Assembly (NCBI GenBank): GCA_965222885.1
Contig: OZ244973.1
Span: 3,845,664 to 3,909,663, forward strand
DNA: 64,000 bases
Origin: Terriglobia bacterium
Lineage (GTDB): Bacteria > Acidobacteriota > Terriglobia > UBA7540 > JAPUME01
Direction of reading: 5' to 3'
Both the position numbers and the translations under genes were made by a program. The notes beneath the pieces were generated by a model. It searched no databases and was not told the DNA's origin. It saw nothing but the letters and a program-made list of their open reading frames with translations. Shown in pieces: positions 1-9,522 of this stretch. Positions within the stretch are counted from its first letter, which is position 1; each line of letters begins with the position of its first letter.

Positions 1-147
1 TGGGGCACCCAGCGCCTATTTCCCATTCAACTCGTCAATGGATTGCAATACTTTGCAATACTAAAGAAGAGCGCACCCATTTGGGATGGATCCGGAGACA
101 TACGCCGCTTGCAATAAGCATGAATCCCCTATGCAAAGGAGTCCCCG

Positions 148-369
148 ATGATGATGGACAAGCTTACGAAGTTGATATTGATGGCGATTGCCACAGCTCT
201 ATGGATGATCGCACTGAACCCTTGGTTGCGACCGATGCCGGTAGTAGCCCTAGACCTTGGCTATTCAGACTCCAGAAATTTGAGCGACATCGAATCGCAC
301 GCTAGCTCCATTAAGGACGATGTTTCGTCTATCCTTTTCTATACAAGGGCTATATACAAGGACAAGTAA
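148..369 (+). CDS. hypothetical small membrane protein
   Basis: The 73-aa ORF has an AAGGAG Shine-Dalgarno (136-141) 6 nt before the ATG. It has one hydrophobic helix (LILMAIATALWMIAL). No family is recognised. It lies in an AT-richer patch. Confidence 0.35.
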   Translation: MMMDKLTKLILMAIATALWMIALNPWLRPMPVVALDLGYSDSRNLSDIESHASSIKDDVSSILFYTRAIYKDK

Positions 370-660
370 GAGTGATGTTGCAGCCATATTAAGGATGGCA
401 CTTGCTCCAATTCTGCCCTCTGCCGCTAGCGTTTGGCAATCGCGGGTGGCGCATAGATCGCGCCCCTTACAGTAGCCCTTACAATAAGATTGAGGCGATA
501 AGTGTGATCGGTGAATAATCTTTTCCCAGCCTTGGCTGTGCCAAGAGTGGGGCACCCGGCCTTAGTTTATCGTGACGGGAGGTTGATTCTGAATCTGACA
601 GCGCAACTCAGATAAAACCGGATCAGAAAGTTGTTCTTTGCATTCTTTTTCACCGAGCGC

Positions 661-1188
661 CTACTTCATATTTTCAGGGATGGGGTATTCGACCAGGACG
701 AGATCGTGCCATTGATTGCCGAGCGTGGCGTGTTTGTGATGGGTGCCGACTTCGCGCCAGCCGGCGGCTTGGCAGAGTTTGCGGCTGCCTTCGTTATCGG
801 CCATGATGCGTCCGATGAGTTTATAGAACCCGCGGTCGCGCGCGGCATCCTGTAAAGCCTTCATCAGGAGCTGGCCCACGCCGTGGGAGCGGTAGTTGCG
901 GTCGATGTAGATGGAGAGCTCGGCGATTCCGCTAAAGCAGGGCTTCGGACTGTAAGGCCCCAGCGATGCCCAGCCGATCAACGTATGCTTCAACTGGGCT
1001 ACGATCACGGGATATTTCGCGGGCCGGGCGACAATCCACAGGTATCGGTCCTCGGGCCGCGCAAAGGTATTCTCAAAGGTGGCCAACTGGTCCTGCACGC
1101 CCTGATTGAAGACGCGGGCGATCTCCGAGGCATCTTCCGGTTGCGCCTCACGAAGTTTTATCCCGGTAGCAGCCTCAAGAGTGGCCAT
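661..1188 (-). CDS. GNAT family N-acetyltransferase (phosphinothricin/MSO acetyltransferase-like)
   Basis: The 175-aa ORF has a GNAT acetyl-CoA motif region (RSHGVGQLLMKALQDAARDRGFYKLIGRI..N..S). The overall layout matches the PAT family. Confidence 0.85.
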   Translation of the reverse strand: MATLEAATGIKLREAQPEDASEIARVFNQGVQDQLATFENTFARPEDRYLWIVARPAKYPVIVAQLKHTLIGWASLGPYSPKPCFSGIAELSIYIDRNYRSHGVGQLLMKALQDAARDRGFYKLIGRIMADNEGSRKLCQAAGWREVGTHHKHATLGNQWHDLVLVEYPIPENMK

Positions 1189-1361
1189 AAGAGTGTCCCA
1201 TTACTTTCTCCCTTTCCAAGCGATTCTAGAGCATAATCCCGGCGTTTCCAACTACTGAAATCCCGCGACTCACCCTGGCCCCGCCTTTCCTTACCGGGTC
1301 CAAAGCCGAAAAAAATTATTTCCGACCCGTTGACAAAGCTCCTCGCGAATGGGTATTCTGA

Positions 1362-2339
1362 ATGCGAATAAAAAGCGAAATTATGGATTCCCAGAAACCC
1401 TTCCGCCCCGAACAGATCAAAATCGGCCCTGCCGGGTGGCACTATGCCGATTGGGAAGGTATCGTGTACCCTTCCCGCCGGCCCAGAGGATTTCATGAAT
1501 TGGAGTATCTCTCCAGATTTTTCGATACCGTCGAGATCAACACTTCTTTCTATCAATCGCTTCGGCCTGCGGTGGTAAACCTCTGGACGCGACAGGTATC
1601 CCATAACCCCGGGTTCCGATTCACGGCCAAGTTGTGGCAGCGGTTCACTCACCAACGTTTCGCCAACCGCGCTGACGAGCGCGCCTTCAAGGAAGGCCTG
1701 AATCCTCTTTACCAGAGAGGAAAGCTAGGGGCCTTGCTGATGCAATTTCCCTGGTCCTTCAAGAACACTCCAGAAAGCCGCAATTATCTGGCCGGGCTGG
1801 TGATGCAATTTATGGAGTATCCCCTGGTAGTCGAAGTCCGACATGGCTCCTGGAACCACCCGGATGTATTTCAAATGCTCCGGGAACTCGAAGCGGGATT
1901 TTGTAATATCGATCAACCCAGGATCGGCCATTCACTGGCCCCGACCGAAAGGGTCACCACACCGCTCGGCTATGCGCGCTTTCACGGCCGAAACTACGAG
2001 CAATGGTTCTCCAACGGAGATCATCCCGAGGAGCGCTACAATTACCTCTACTCCCTCTCCGAGCTTCGCGCCTGGGAAGAGAAGATTCGCCATATCGCCG
2101 CCCGCTCGGAAGTCACCTACGTCATCACCAACAATCATTACCAAGGAAAATCCATCGCCAACGCCCTGCAAATGGTCCACCTGTTGGGACGCCGCCCGGT
2201 CCGCGGACCGGAAGACTTGGTCCACCGGTATCCTGAATTGGCTCCGATCGTCCAATCCGCACCGGATGCGAGGCTCTGCCAACGCGAGCTGCCCTTTGCA
2301 TCCGTTCCATCCTGCGGCCAAACCCACAGCAGGAACTGA
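1362..2339 (+). CDS. DUF72 (YecE-like) family protein
   Basis: The N-terminus IKIGPAGWHYADWEGIVYP...FDTVEINTSFY is the typical DUF72 signature. An alternative ATG lies at 1383. Confidence 0.85.
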   Translation: MRIKSEIMDSQKPFRPEQIKIGPAGWHYADWEGIVYPSRRPRGFHELEYLSRFFDTVEINTSFYQSLRPAVVNLWTRQVSHNPGFRFTAKLWQRFTHQRFANRADERAFKEGLNPLYQRGKLGALLMQFPWSFKNTPESRNYLAGLVMQFMEYPLVVEVRHGSWNHPDVFQMLRELEAGFCNIDQPRIGHSLAPTERVTTPLGYARFHGRNYEQWFSNGDHPEERYNYLYSLSELRAWEEKIRHIAARSEVTYVITNNHYQGKSIANALQMVHLLGRRPVRGPEDLVHRYPELAPIVQSAPDARLCQRELPFASVPSCGQTHSRN

Positions 2340-2573
2340 AACCTCTGTCCACTTCCCTCGCTTCCCCACGCTGTGTCCACCTACCGTCATCGAGAGAAAT
2401 CGACACTCCAGTCTGTTCGCGGGGCTTCAGAATCCGAACACCGTCAGGGATGAGGGAACCCGCAGGCACCAGGCCGACCCGCTGGCTCTGTTTTCCGATT
2501 GCACCCCAGCCCAACGAGACGGCTTGACATCCGCGAACCGCTCTCCTATAATTTCTGCTTAGAGGTAGAACTT

Positions 2574-2840
2574 GTGTTTGGGGGCGGTTTCGGAGAGATT
2601 GGGTTTATTCTTGTGCTGGCCTTTCTGCTGTTTGGGCCGCGCAAACTTCCCGAAATTGCCCGCACTCTCGGCAGGGGGTTGCGCGACCTCCGGCACGCTT
2701 CCGACGATCTGAAGAGGTCGTTGGAAACTGAAATATCCTCTATCGATTACCCGCACGATAAAAGCTCTACGGAAACGACGCCTTATGGGTACGATTCATC
2801 CGAACCTTCCCAAGAAAAAAAGTCCCAAGACCTCGACTGA
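2574..2840 (+). CDS. tatA: twin-arginine translocase TatA/TatB family protein
   Basis: The core FGGGFGEIGFILVLAFLLFGPRKLPEIARTLGRGLRDLR is a canonical TatA/B transmembrane plus amphipathic helix. I chose the GTG at 2574, although the ORF is open from 2499. The gene sits directly upstream of tatC. Confidence 0.8.
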   Translation: MFGGGFGEIGFILVLAFLLFGPRKLPEIARTLGRGLRDLRHASDDLKRSLETEISSIDYPHDKSSTETTPYGYDSSEPSQEKKSQDLD

Positions 2841-3969
2841 CTCTCAACCTGACTCGCCTGAACCATCCTCCCGTCCCGAAGACTACGTAACAGACGATCC
2901 ATCATCCTACAGTTCGGCCGAACCCGGAGAGCCCTCCATCACCCCTGAGACCGAATCCCCCGAACCGGTTTCACCCACGACAGATACGAGTCCCCAGGAA
3001 GAGATCGGCTCGACCTCATCGGTGGCCAGTGAGAGCGATACCAGCGCACCCACCGAAACGCCTGCGGCTCAGGCGAGCGTGGATACCGCGACCGCTGACG
3101 TGAACCTGGACGAATTCCCCCCGGTCCCCCGTGCCGGGACGGAATCCAAAAGCTCGGGTGGCGGAGGAGGCAAACCCCCTGCAGGCGGCGGGAGAGGAGA
3201 CTCAGGAAGGGGAGGAGGACTCCTCGGCGGCCAGATGTCCTTCTTGGAACACCTGGAGGAGCTACGCCAGCGCCTGCTCTATTCGGTGCTTTCCCTCGTT
3301 GTGGCTTTCTTCTTCTGCTTCTATTTTCACGAGCAGATTTACGACTTCCTCGCTGCTCCCATCACCGGCTCTCTGCGGGACTTGGAGCTGGGTGACAAGC
3401 TCGTGTACACGAACCCCATGCAGCCTTTCAATGTTTATTTGAAGATCTCTCTGGTCGCTTCGCTTTTTCTGGCTTCTCCCCTGATACTCTGGCAGCTTTG
3501 GCTGTTTATTTCCCCAGGCTTATACCGGCACGAAAAGAAATACGTATTGCCGTTTGTGACACTGACTACCTTACTATTCCTCTCGGGCGGATATTTTGCC
3601 TATCGTGTTGCCTTACCTCCGGTTTTCCAATTCCTGTTGAAATTTGGGCACAAATTCCTGCCCTTCATTACCATCAATGAATACTTCAGCATCACGACCA
3701 CTCTGCTGGTGGGCATGGGATTGGTCTTCGAAATTCCGATTGTCGTGCTGATCCTCTCGCTGTTCGGTATGGTCACGCCAAAATTCCTGTTGAAGAATAT
3801 CCGCTATGCCGTTCTGATCATTGCCATCCTCGCCGCCGCCCTGGCTCCCACACCCGATTGGATGACCCTGATGCTGTTTTCACTCCCGATGGTGGGCCTG
3901 TATTTCCTAAGCATCGGGCTCTGCTACCTCGTGCAACTTCGGAAAAAACCCTCCCAAGCGGCCGATTAG
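2785..3969 (+). CDS. tatC: twin-arginine translocase subunit TatC, with a possible 150-aa low-complexity N-terminal extension
   Basis: The canonical TatC N-terminus MSFLEHLEELRQRLLYS begins at the internal ATG 3235 and is followed by six TM segments. The frame is open from ATG 2785 and encodes P/S/T/E-rich sequence there. The start is uncertain (2785 or 3235). Confidence 0.85.
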   Translation: MGTIHPNLPKKKSPKTSTDSQPDSPEPSSRPEDYVTDDPSSYSSAEPGEPSITPETESPEPVSPTTDTSPQEEIGSTSSVASESDTSAPTETPAAQASVDTATADVNLDEFPPVPRAGTESKSSGGGGGKPPAGGGRGDSGRGGGLLGGQMSFLEHLEELRQRLLYSVLSLVVAFFFCFYFHEQIYDFLAAPITGSLRDLELGDKLVYTNPMQPFNVYLKISLVASLFLASPLILWQLWLFISPGLYRHEKKYVLPFVTLTTLLFLSGGYFAYRVALPPVFQFLLKFGHKFLPFITINEYFSITTTLLVGMGLVFEIPIVVLILSLFGMVTPKFLLKNIRYAVLIIAILAAALAPTPDWMTLMLFSLPMVGLYFLSIGLCYLVQLRKKPSQAAD

Positions 3970-3984
3970 GCGAGCTACCATCCC

Positions 3985-4902
3985 ATGAACAGGTTCACCC
4001 GTCTCGCGTCGATCCTAGGCTTGGCCATGCTGACCCTTCCCGTTGCGGTGAGACCCGGCCCCGCGGGTTCAGGCTTCAGCGCACAGAGGGCTTATGCAAA
4101 TGTAAAAAAGTTGGTGGAATTCGGCCCGCGCCCCTCCGGCTCTTCCGGCCTGAAAAAGGCTCGACATTGGCTCAAGGTGCAACTTGCCCGGGCAGGCTGC
4201 AAGGTGGTGGAGTCGCGCTTTATGGCCAGTACTCCCGCCGGTCCAATCCCGATGGCCAATTTGATCGGGCAAATTCCCGGACGCGAGCGGAAAGTCGTTA
4301 TTCTGGCCGCCCACTACGAGAGCAAGAATTTCCCCGAGTTTCGGTTCGTAGGAGCCAATGACAGCGCCTCGGGAACGGCCCTGGTCCTTGAGTTGGCCGG
4401 TGTTCTGGCCGCGAAAAAGAACCGCTTCACTTATTGGATGGTCCTGTTCGACGGCGAGGAGGCCATCGGCGATAACTGGTCTGACGCGGACGGACTCTAT
4501 GGAAGCAAGCACATGGTCCGGCGGCTCACCGCGCAAGGCGAGTTGGCCCGTATCCACGCAGTCTTTCTGTTCGATATGATCGGCGACGCCCAATTAAGAA
4601 TCCTGCGCGATGAAAATTCCACCCCGTGGCTGACTGATCTGGCCTGGAGGACTGCAAAGAATTTGGGATACGGTAGGTATTTCAGCGATCGGCGCATCGC
4701 CATCGAAGACGACCATCGGCCGTTCGTTATGGCCGGTGTTTCCGCCATCGACCTGATCGACTTCGACTATGGCCCCGGACACAGCTATTGGCATTCGCCT
4801 CGGGATACGATGGATAAGATCAGCGCCCGGAGCCTGGGCATCGTAGGCAGGGTGGTTCTGGCATCTCTCCAGCAAATCGAGTCAGGCCGGGGAAACGAGT
4901 AA
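3985..4902 (+). CDS. M28 family metallopeptidase (aminopeptidase / glutaminyl-cyclase-like), secreted
   Basis: It has a signal peptide. Motifs AAHYES..., GANDSASG and LFDGEE match the M28 zinc-ligand blocks. Confidence 0.8.
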   Translation: MNRFTRLASILGLAMLTLPVAVRPGPAGSGFSAQRAYANVKKLVEFGPRPSGSSGLKKARHWLKVQLARAGCKVVESRFMASTPAGPIPMANLIGQIPGRERKVVILAAHYESKNFPEFRFVGANDSASGTALVLELAGVLAAKKNRFTYWMVLFDGEEAIGDNWSDADGLYGSKHMVRRLTAQGELARIHAVFLFDMIGDAQLRILRDENSTPWLTDLAWRTAKNLGYGRYFSDRRIAIEDDHRPFVMAGVSAIDLIDFDYGPGHSYWHSPRDTMDKISARSLGIVGRVVLASLQQIESGRGNE

Positions 4903-5003
4903 CTCACAGTTCTCACCCGCGGAATGGGGAGCGAGGCACCGCAGACCGAAAGAATGTAGCCGTCCGCGTTTACCTTATTACCCAAGCTCCACTTGAGGAT
5001 CGA

Positions 5004-6659
5004 TCAGGCGAAATAGACCGGCGAGCCTTTCACGGCGAAGGAGTGTTTCGGATTGTCATCGTCCAACTTCAAAAGGAAATCGGAGCGGTAATGGGCACCC
5101 CGACTCTCCTGACGGGCGAGAGCGGATTGAGCGATTAACAGGGAGACCTGGTGGATGTTCCGCAACTCAAGCTCGCGCCGATGGGTCCGATGGGGAGCAG
5201 GCGGGGAAAGACCCTCGAGACGCTCGACAGCTTCGGCCAAGTCCTTCCCATCGCGCAAAATCCCTACTTTTTCCCATAGAAGCCGGCGGATTTGGTCAAT
5301 CCGCCCTTCCACCTCCCGCAACTGAGAACCGCTCTGAGGGGCCGGCGTGCTCGAAGTTGACGAAGGAACGTTCCGAACCGACGTATTCCCGCCTTCCGAA
5401 GCTGCTTCCGGTGGGAGAGACTGGGTATGCGCATCCAGGGTATTCCGTGCCGGCCGGGAGGGCGAAGACTCCACCATATTCGCTCCCGTCCGTGCCCCGT
5501 AAACCAAGCCCTCCAGTAGCGAGTTGCTGGCCAGGCGGTTGGCTCCATGGACTCCGTTGGCGGCCACCTCGCCCGCCGCGTAAAGTCCTTCCAGGCTGGC
5601 CCGCCCGTCGAGGTCGGTATGGACCCCACCCATGGCATAGTGGGTCGCCGGACGAACAGGAATCAAGTCCGCTGTGATGTCGATATTGCATTGCAGGCAG
5701 GTTGCATAGATGCGGGGAAAGCGGTTACGGATATGTTCCGCATCCAGGTGGGTCAGGTCCAGATAAACAAAATCGGAGCCGAGCCGCCGCATCTCGGTCA
5801 CGATGGCGCGCGAGACCACATCTCGAGCCGCAAGCTCGGCGGCTTCGTGATAATTCGGCATGAAGCGCTCGAGTTCCAGATTGCGGAGCTGAGCTCCCTC
5901 TCCTCGCAACGCTTCCGAGAGCAGGAATCGAGGCGTTCCTTTCTGGTAGAGCACGGTGGGGTGAAATTGGATAAACTCCAGGTCGCTGACTCGTGCTCCG
6001 GCCCGGTAGGCCATGGCCACACCATCTCCGCAAGCCACCGAGGGATTGGTCGTCTCCCTGTAAACTTGCCCCAGGCCGCCGGTGGCGAGCAGAACTCCAT
6101 GTGCCCGCAAGAAACTGAGAGCCTGCTTCCCCTCATCGAAGAACTCCACGCCCTCCACTTTTCCTCCGCTGACGGACAAGTCCACCACCGATGCAAAGGG
6201 CTGAATCTTAACGTTCTTTAGCGAGCGAACTTTGGCCCTCAAGGACCGAAGGATTTCACGGCCTGTGGAATCCCCCTGCGCGTGTAATACCCGGCGACGG
6301 CTGTGGGCACCCTCCCGCGTGAAGGCCAACCGAGTCCCCTTACGATCAAATTTCATCCCCCAATGGATCAACTCGGTAATAAGACGCGGGCCTTCCTCCA
6401 CCAGAATTTTCACGGCTCGTTCGTTACAAAGCCCATCCCCTGCCACGAGGGTATCGTGAACGTGCAGGGAAACCTCGTCTTCCTCGCTCAAGGCAACGGC
6501 CACCCCTCCTTGGGCGTACTCGGTGCTCGATTCCTGAGGATGATCCTTAGTAAGAATCAGGACGTTTCCCTTGCGAGCAAGTTCAATGGCGGCTCGCAGG
6601 CCGGCGATGCCGCTTCCCACAACGAGAAAGTCCGTTTCCAGTGCCGATGACGACTTCAT
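5004..6659 (-). CDS. nadB: L-aspartate oxidase
   Basis: It has the FAD dinucleotide motif DFLVVGSGIAGL, and YAQGG, RPATHYAMGG and ESRGAHYR blocks typical of NadB. I chose the ATG at 6659; the TTG at 6707 is unlikely. Confidence 0.9.
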   Translation of the reverse strand: MKSSSALETDFLVVGSGIAGLRAAIELARKGNVLILTKDHPQESSTEYAQGGVAVALSEEDEVSLHVHDTLVAGDGLCNERAVKILVEEGPRLITELIHWGMKFDRKGTRLAFTREGAHSRRRVLHAQGDSTGREILRSLRAKVRSLKNVKIQPFASVVDLSVSGGKVEGVEFFDEGKQALSFLRAHGVLLATGGLGQVYRETTNPSVACGDGVAMAYRAGARVSDLEFIQFHPTVLYQKGTPRFLLSEALRGEGAQLRNLELERFMPNYHEAAELAARDVVSRAIVTEMRRLGSDFVYLDLTHLDAEHIRNRFPRIYATCLQCNIDITADLIPVRPATHYAMGGVHTDLDGRASLEGLYAAGEVAANGVHGANRLASNSLLEGLVYGARTGANMVESSPSRPARNTLDAHTQSLPPEAASEGGNTSVRNVPSSTSSTPAPQSGSQLREVEGRIDQIRRLLWEKVGILRDGKDLAEAVERLEGLSPPAPHRTHRRELELRNIHQVSLLIAQSALARQESRGAHYRSDFLLKLDDDNPKHSFAVKGSPVYFA

Positions 6660-6794
6660 AGAAAATCCCAAAGACTCAATGATACATAGCTCCCAAACTC
6701 TCCGCAACGCCGTCCTGCGCTCTTTCCGCCTGCATACCTTGCCGGTAAGCCCAGGTCATGGTAAGGATAGAAGATTCCGTTTCGAGGCCATCTC

Positions 6795-7880
6795 GTGTTT
6801 CAATTTCGGGTTCGATCCAAGACTTCCACCTACCCGGTCTGGGTAGGAAGCCGCGCGTGGCACGCACTGGGTGACTTTCTCCGCCGTGCCGATTACTCCT
6901 CGGTGTTCATCGCAACCGAGCCGGGTATCTGGAAGAGTTGGCAAGGTGAATTCCTGCGAGCCACGGGTCTCCACTCGGGCGCGGAGATTCTGATTCCCTC
7001 CGGCGAAAGGTCCAAATCTCTTACCCGATTGCGAGCCTTAGCGGGAGAACTGCTGAATCGTCGCGCCGACCGTCAATCCGCCCTGATCGCGCTCGGCGGG
7101 GGGGTAGTAGGAGACCTAGCCGGTTTTGCGGGTTCCGTCTATATGCGCGGTATTGATACCTTGCAAGCGCCCACTACCCTGGTGGGGCAGATCGACAGCG
7201 CCCTGGGCGGTAAAACGGGAGTGAACCTGCCCGGCGCAAAAAACATCCTGGGAACGGTAACTCCCCCACGGCTGGTGGCCGCCAATCCCCAAGTGCTCCG
7301 ATCGCTTTCCCCTCGCGCCTTTCGTTCCGGCCTCTACGAGGTCATCAAGCACGGCATCATCCTGGACGTCCCGCTGTTTCGTTTTTTAAAACAGAACCTG
7401 GAGTCCATTCTGGGCCAGGACCCCCAGGTAATGGAAACCCTGGTGGCTCGGGCAGCCAGGGTAAAAATCCGCGTGGTGAGCCGGGACGAACGGGAAACGG
7501 GCTTGCGGCGCATTCTGAATTTCGGCCACACGCTGGGTCACGCTCTGGAGGCAGGCACCCACTACCGGCGATTTCTGCACGGCGAGGCCGTTGGCTGGGG
7601 CATGATTCTGGCCACTCGTATCGCCCGAGCCAAAGGGCTGCTTTCTCCGCGAGACGAGGTGGAAATCCTGGAGCTGATTCGTTCCGTAGGTCCTCTACCT
7701 TCGCTGGCCGGCCTCAAGGCGAGACAACTCGTGGCTCTCCTTTCCCGAGATAAAAAGACGGTCCGAGGCGTGGTCCATTGGATTCTTCCGGAAAAGATCG
7801 GTGCGGTCCGCGTGGTCACTGACATCTCGACCGCAGAAGTGGAAAAAGCCTTCCGAGACGCCCAGCATTGGTCGCGATGA
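6795..7880 (+). CDS. aroB: 3-dehydroquinate synthase
   Basis: The blocks GGGVVGDLAGFAGSVYMRGI, GGKTGVN and LNFGHTLGHALE..HGEAVGWG are conserved AroB motifs. Confidence 0.9.
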   Translation: MFQFRVRSKTSTYPVWVGSRAWHALGDFLRRADYSSVFIATEPGIWKSWQGEFLRATGLHSGAEILIPSGERSKSLTRLRALAGELLNRRADRQSALIALGGGVVGDLAGFAGSVYMRGIDTLQAPTTLVGQIDSALGGKTGVNLPGAKNILGTVTPPRLVAANPQVLRSLSPRAFRSGLYEVIKHGIILDVPLFRFLKQNLESILGQDPQVMETLVARAARVKIRVVSRDERETGLRRILNFGHTLGHALEAGTHYRRFLHGEAVGWGMILATRIARAKGLLSPRDEVEILELIRSVGPLPSLAGLKARQLVALLSRDKKTVRGVVHWILPEKIGAVRVVTDISTAEVEKAFRDAQHWSR

Positions 7881-8629
7881 GTTCCCCCTCACCCCCCGGT
7901 AGTGCGCCCGAAGCCTCCTCAACGCGAAAAGAGGCCGCAAAAGCCATCGAGCGGATGTTTGCCTGCATTGCCCCGCGCTACGACCTGCTGAACCACCTGC
8001 TTTCCTTCGGGACGGACTTCTACTGGCGACGCGCCGCCGTCCACGATCTTCGGGAGATTCTATCCCGGCCCGGCATCCGCGTGCTGGACCTTTGCTGCGG
8101 GACGGGTGACTTAACGCTTGCACTGAAGCACCGGGCTGAAGGGGAAGTGCTGGGCGCCGACTTCTGTCATCCCATGCTCCAGCGGGGCAGGGATAAATTC
8201 CGCCGCGCACGATTGCTCATTCCCGTCCTGGAAGCCGACGCCCTGAAATTGCCCTTCCCCGAGGAAACCTTCGACCTGGTTACCCTGGCGTTCGGGTTTC
8301 GCAATCTGGCCGACTACCAAGAGGGGCTGCGGGAAATCCGTAGGGTGCTCCGGAGAGGAGGAGAAATCGCCATCCTGGAATTCTCCCAAATCCGCAACCC
8401 AATGTTCCGTCCCATCTTCGGGCTCTATTTTCGATCGGTTCTACCGAGGTTGGGCTCCTGGATTTCAGGAGTCAGCGGGCCCTATCAGTATCTTCGGGAT
8501 TCGGTCTCCCGCTTCCCGGATCAAGAGCAGCTCTGCCGGGCGATGCGGGCCTGCGGCTTTGTAGATGCAAGGTACAGGAACCTTACCGGCGGTGCGGTCT
8601 GCCTCCATCGGGGGACCAAGCCGACCTAG
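7877..8629 (+). CDS. ubiE: demethylmenaquinone/ubiquinone methyltransferase
   Basis: It has the YDLLNHLLSFG signature and the SAM motif VLDLCCGTGD. ATG 7877 overlaps the aroB TGA (ATGA). The ORF is open from TTG 7868. Confidence 0.85.
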   Translation: MSSPSPPGSAPEASSTRKEAAKAIERMFACIAPRYDLLNHLLSFGTDFYWRRAAVHDLREILSRPGIRVLDLCCGTGDLTLALKHRAEGEVLGADFCHPMLQRGRDKFRRARLLIPVLEADALKLPFPEETFDLVTLAFGFRNLADYQEGLREIRRVLRRGGEIAILEFSQIRNPMFRPIFGLYFRSVLPRLGSWISGVSGPYQYLRDSVSRFPDQEQLCRAMRACGFVDARYRNLTGGAVCLHRGTKPT

Positions 8630-8682
8630 GACTTGACCCACTCCGTCGTCGAACGACACTCCCAACCTGTAGCCGGCACGGG

Positions 8683-9522
8683 TTAATTCATACCGGTTAT
8701 CCTCAGGTACCCATCGATCACCGCATTACCGGCGAAGCTGGAAAATAACGCTGCCAAGCCCAGGTAACTTCCGAACGGCCATTCATAACGTCGAAAACGT
8801 TGGGTGGCCAATTCCAGAGGGATCCCGACCAAGGTTCCTAGTAGAGATCCCAGGAAAATCGTGAGCAAAGTAAGCGATACGCCCAAGAAACTCCCCACCA
8901 TGGTCATGAGCATCACATCCCCGAAGCCCAGGTACTCCTTTTCACGGCCCTTAAGGTAATCAAACACGGTTCCGACCAGATAGAAACTTCCCCCGCCCAG
9001 AAGCGCGCCAGCCACAGAACCCAGGAAGGATTCCGCCTCCGGTGTGGGAGGGAAAAATCCCATCCGGTTCAGAAGCCAGGTGGAAGGGGCATGATCAACG
9101 GAGACCACCCAACTGAGCGTCGTTCCCACCAGGATTCCGAAGACGGTGACGCTGTGCGGAATCAGACGTTCCTGCAAGTCAGTGAAGATCAGGATCAGCA
9201 GGAGCATTCCGAGCAAGGAGAACTTGATAAACTCAGGCGAAATGCCAAAACGGTGCAAGGTCAGCCAGAAAAGCAGGCCCGTCAGCACCTCCACGATCGG
9301 ATAGAGCAGAGAGATCGGCTTCCGACAGTTTCGGCACCGGCCCCGAAGCCACCAGTAACTCACTACGGGAATGTTGTCCCAAGGGGCGATGGACTTATCG
9401 CAGTGCGGGCAGCGGGATCGCCGGGTGACGACGGACTGGTGACGCGGCAGTCGATGAATGCAGACATTCAAGAAACTCCCAAAGGTCGAACCGAGGATAA
9501 ATACTGCTAAATCCGCGATCAT
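8683..9522 (-). CDS. pilD: prepilin peptidase (A24 family, PilD-like)
   Basis: The N-terminal zinc-binding CxxC...CxxC sequence (CPHCDKSI..GRCRNCRKPI) follows FGSFLNV, and multiple TM segments are present. The ATG overlaps the stop of the upstream glycosyltransferase. Confidence 0.85.
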   Translation of the reverse strand: MIADLAVFILGSTFGSFLNVCIHRLPRHQSVVTRRSRCPHCDKSIAPWDNIPVVSYWWLRGRCRNCRKPISLLYPIVEVLTGLLFWLTLHRFGISPEFIKFSLLGMLLLILIFTDLQERLIPHSVTVFGILVGTTLSWVVSVDHAPSTWLLNRMGFFPPTPEAESFLGSVAGALLGGGSFYLVGTVFDYLKGREKEYLGFGDVMLMTMVGSFLGVSLTLLTIFLGSLLGTLVGIPLELATQRFRRYEWPFGSYLGLAALFSSFAGNAVIDGYLRITGMN

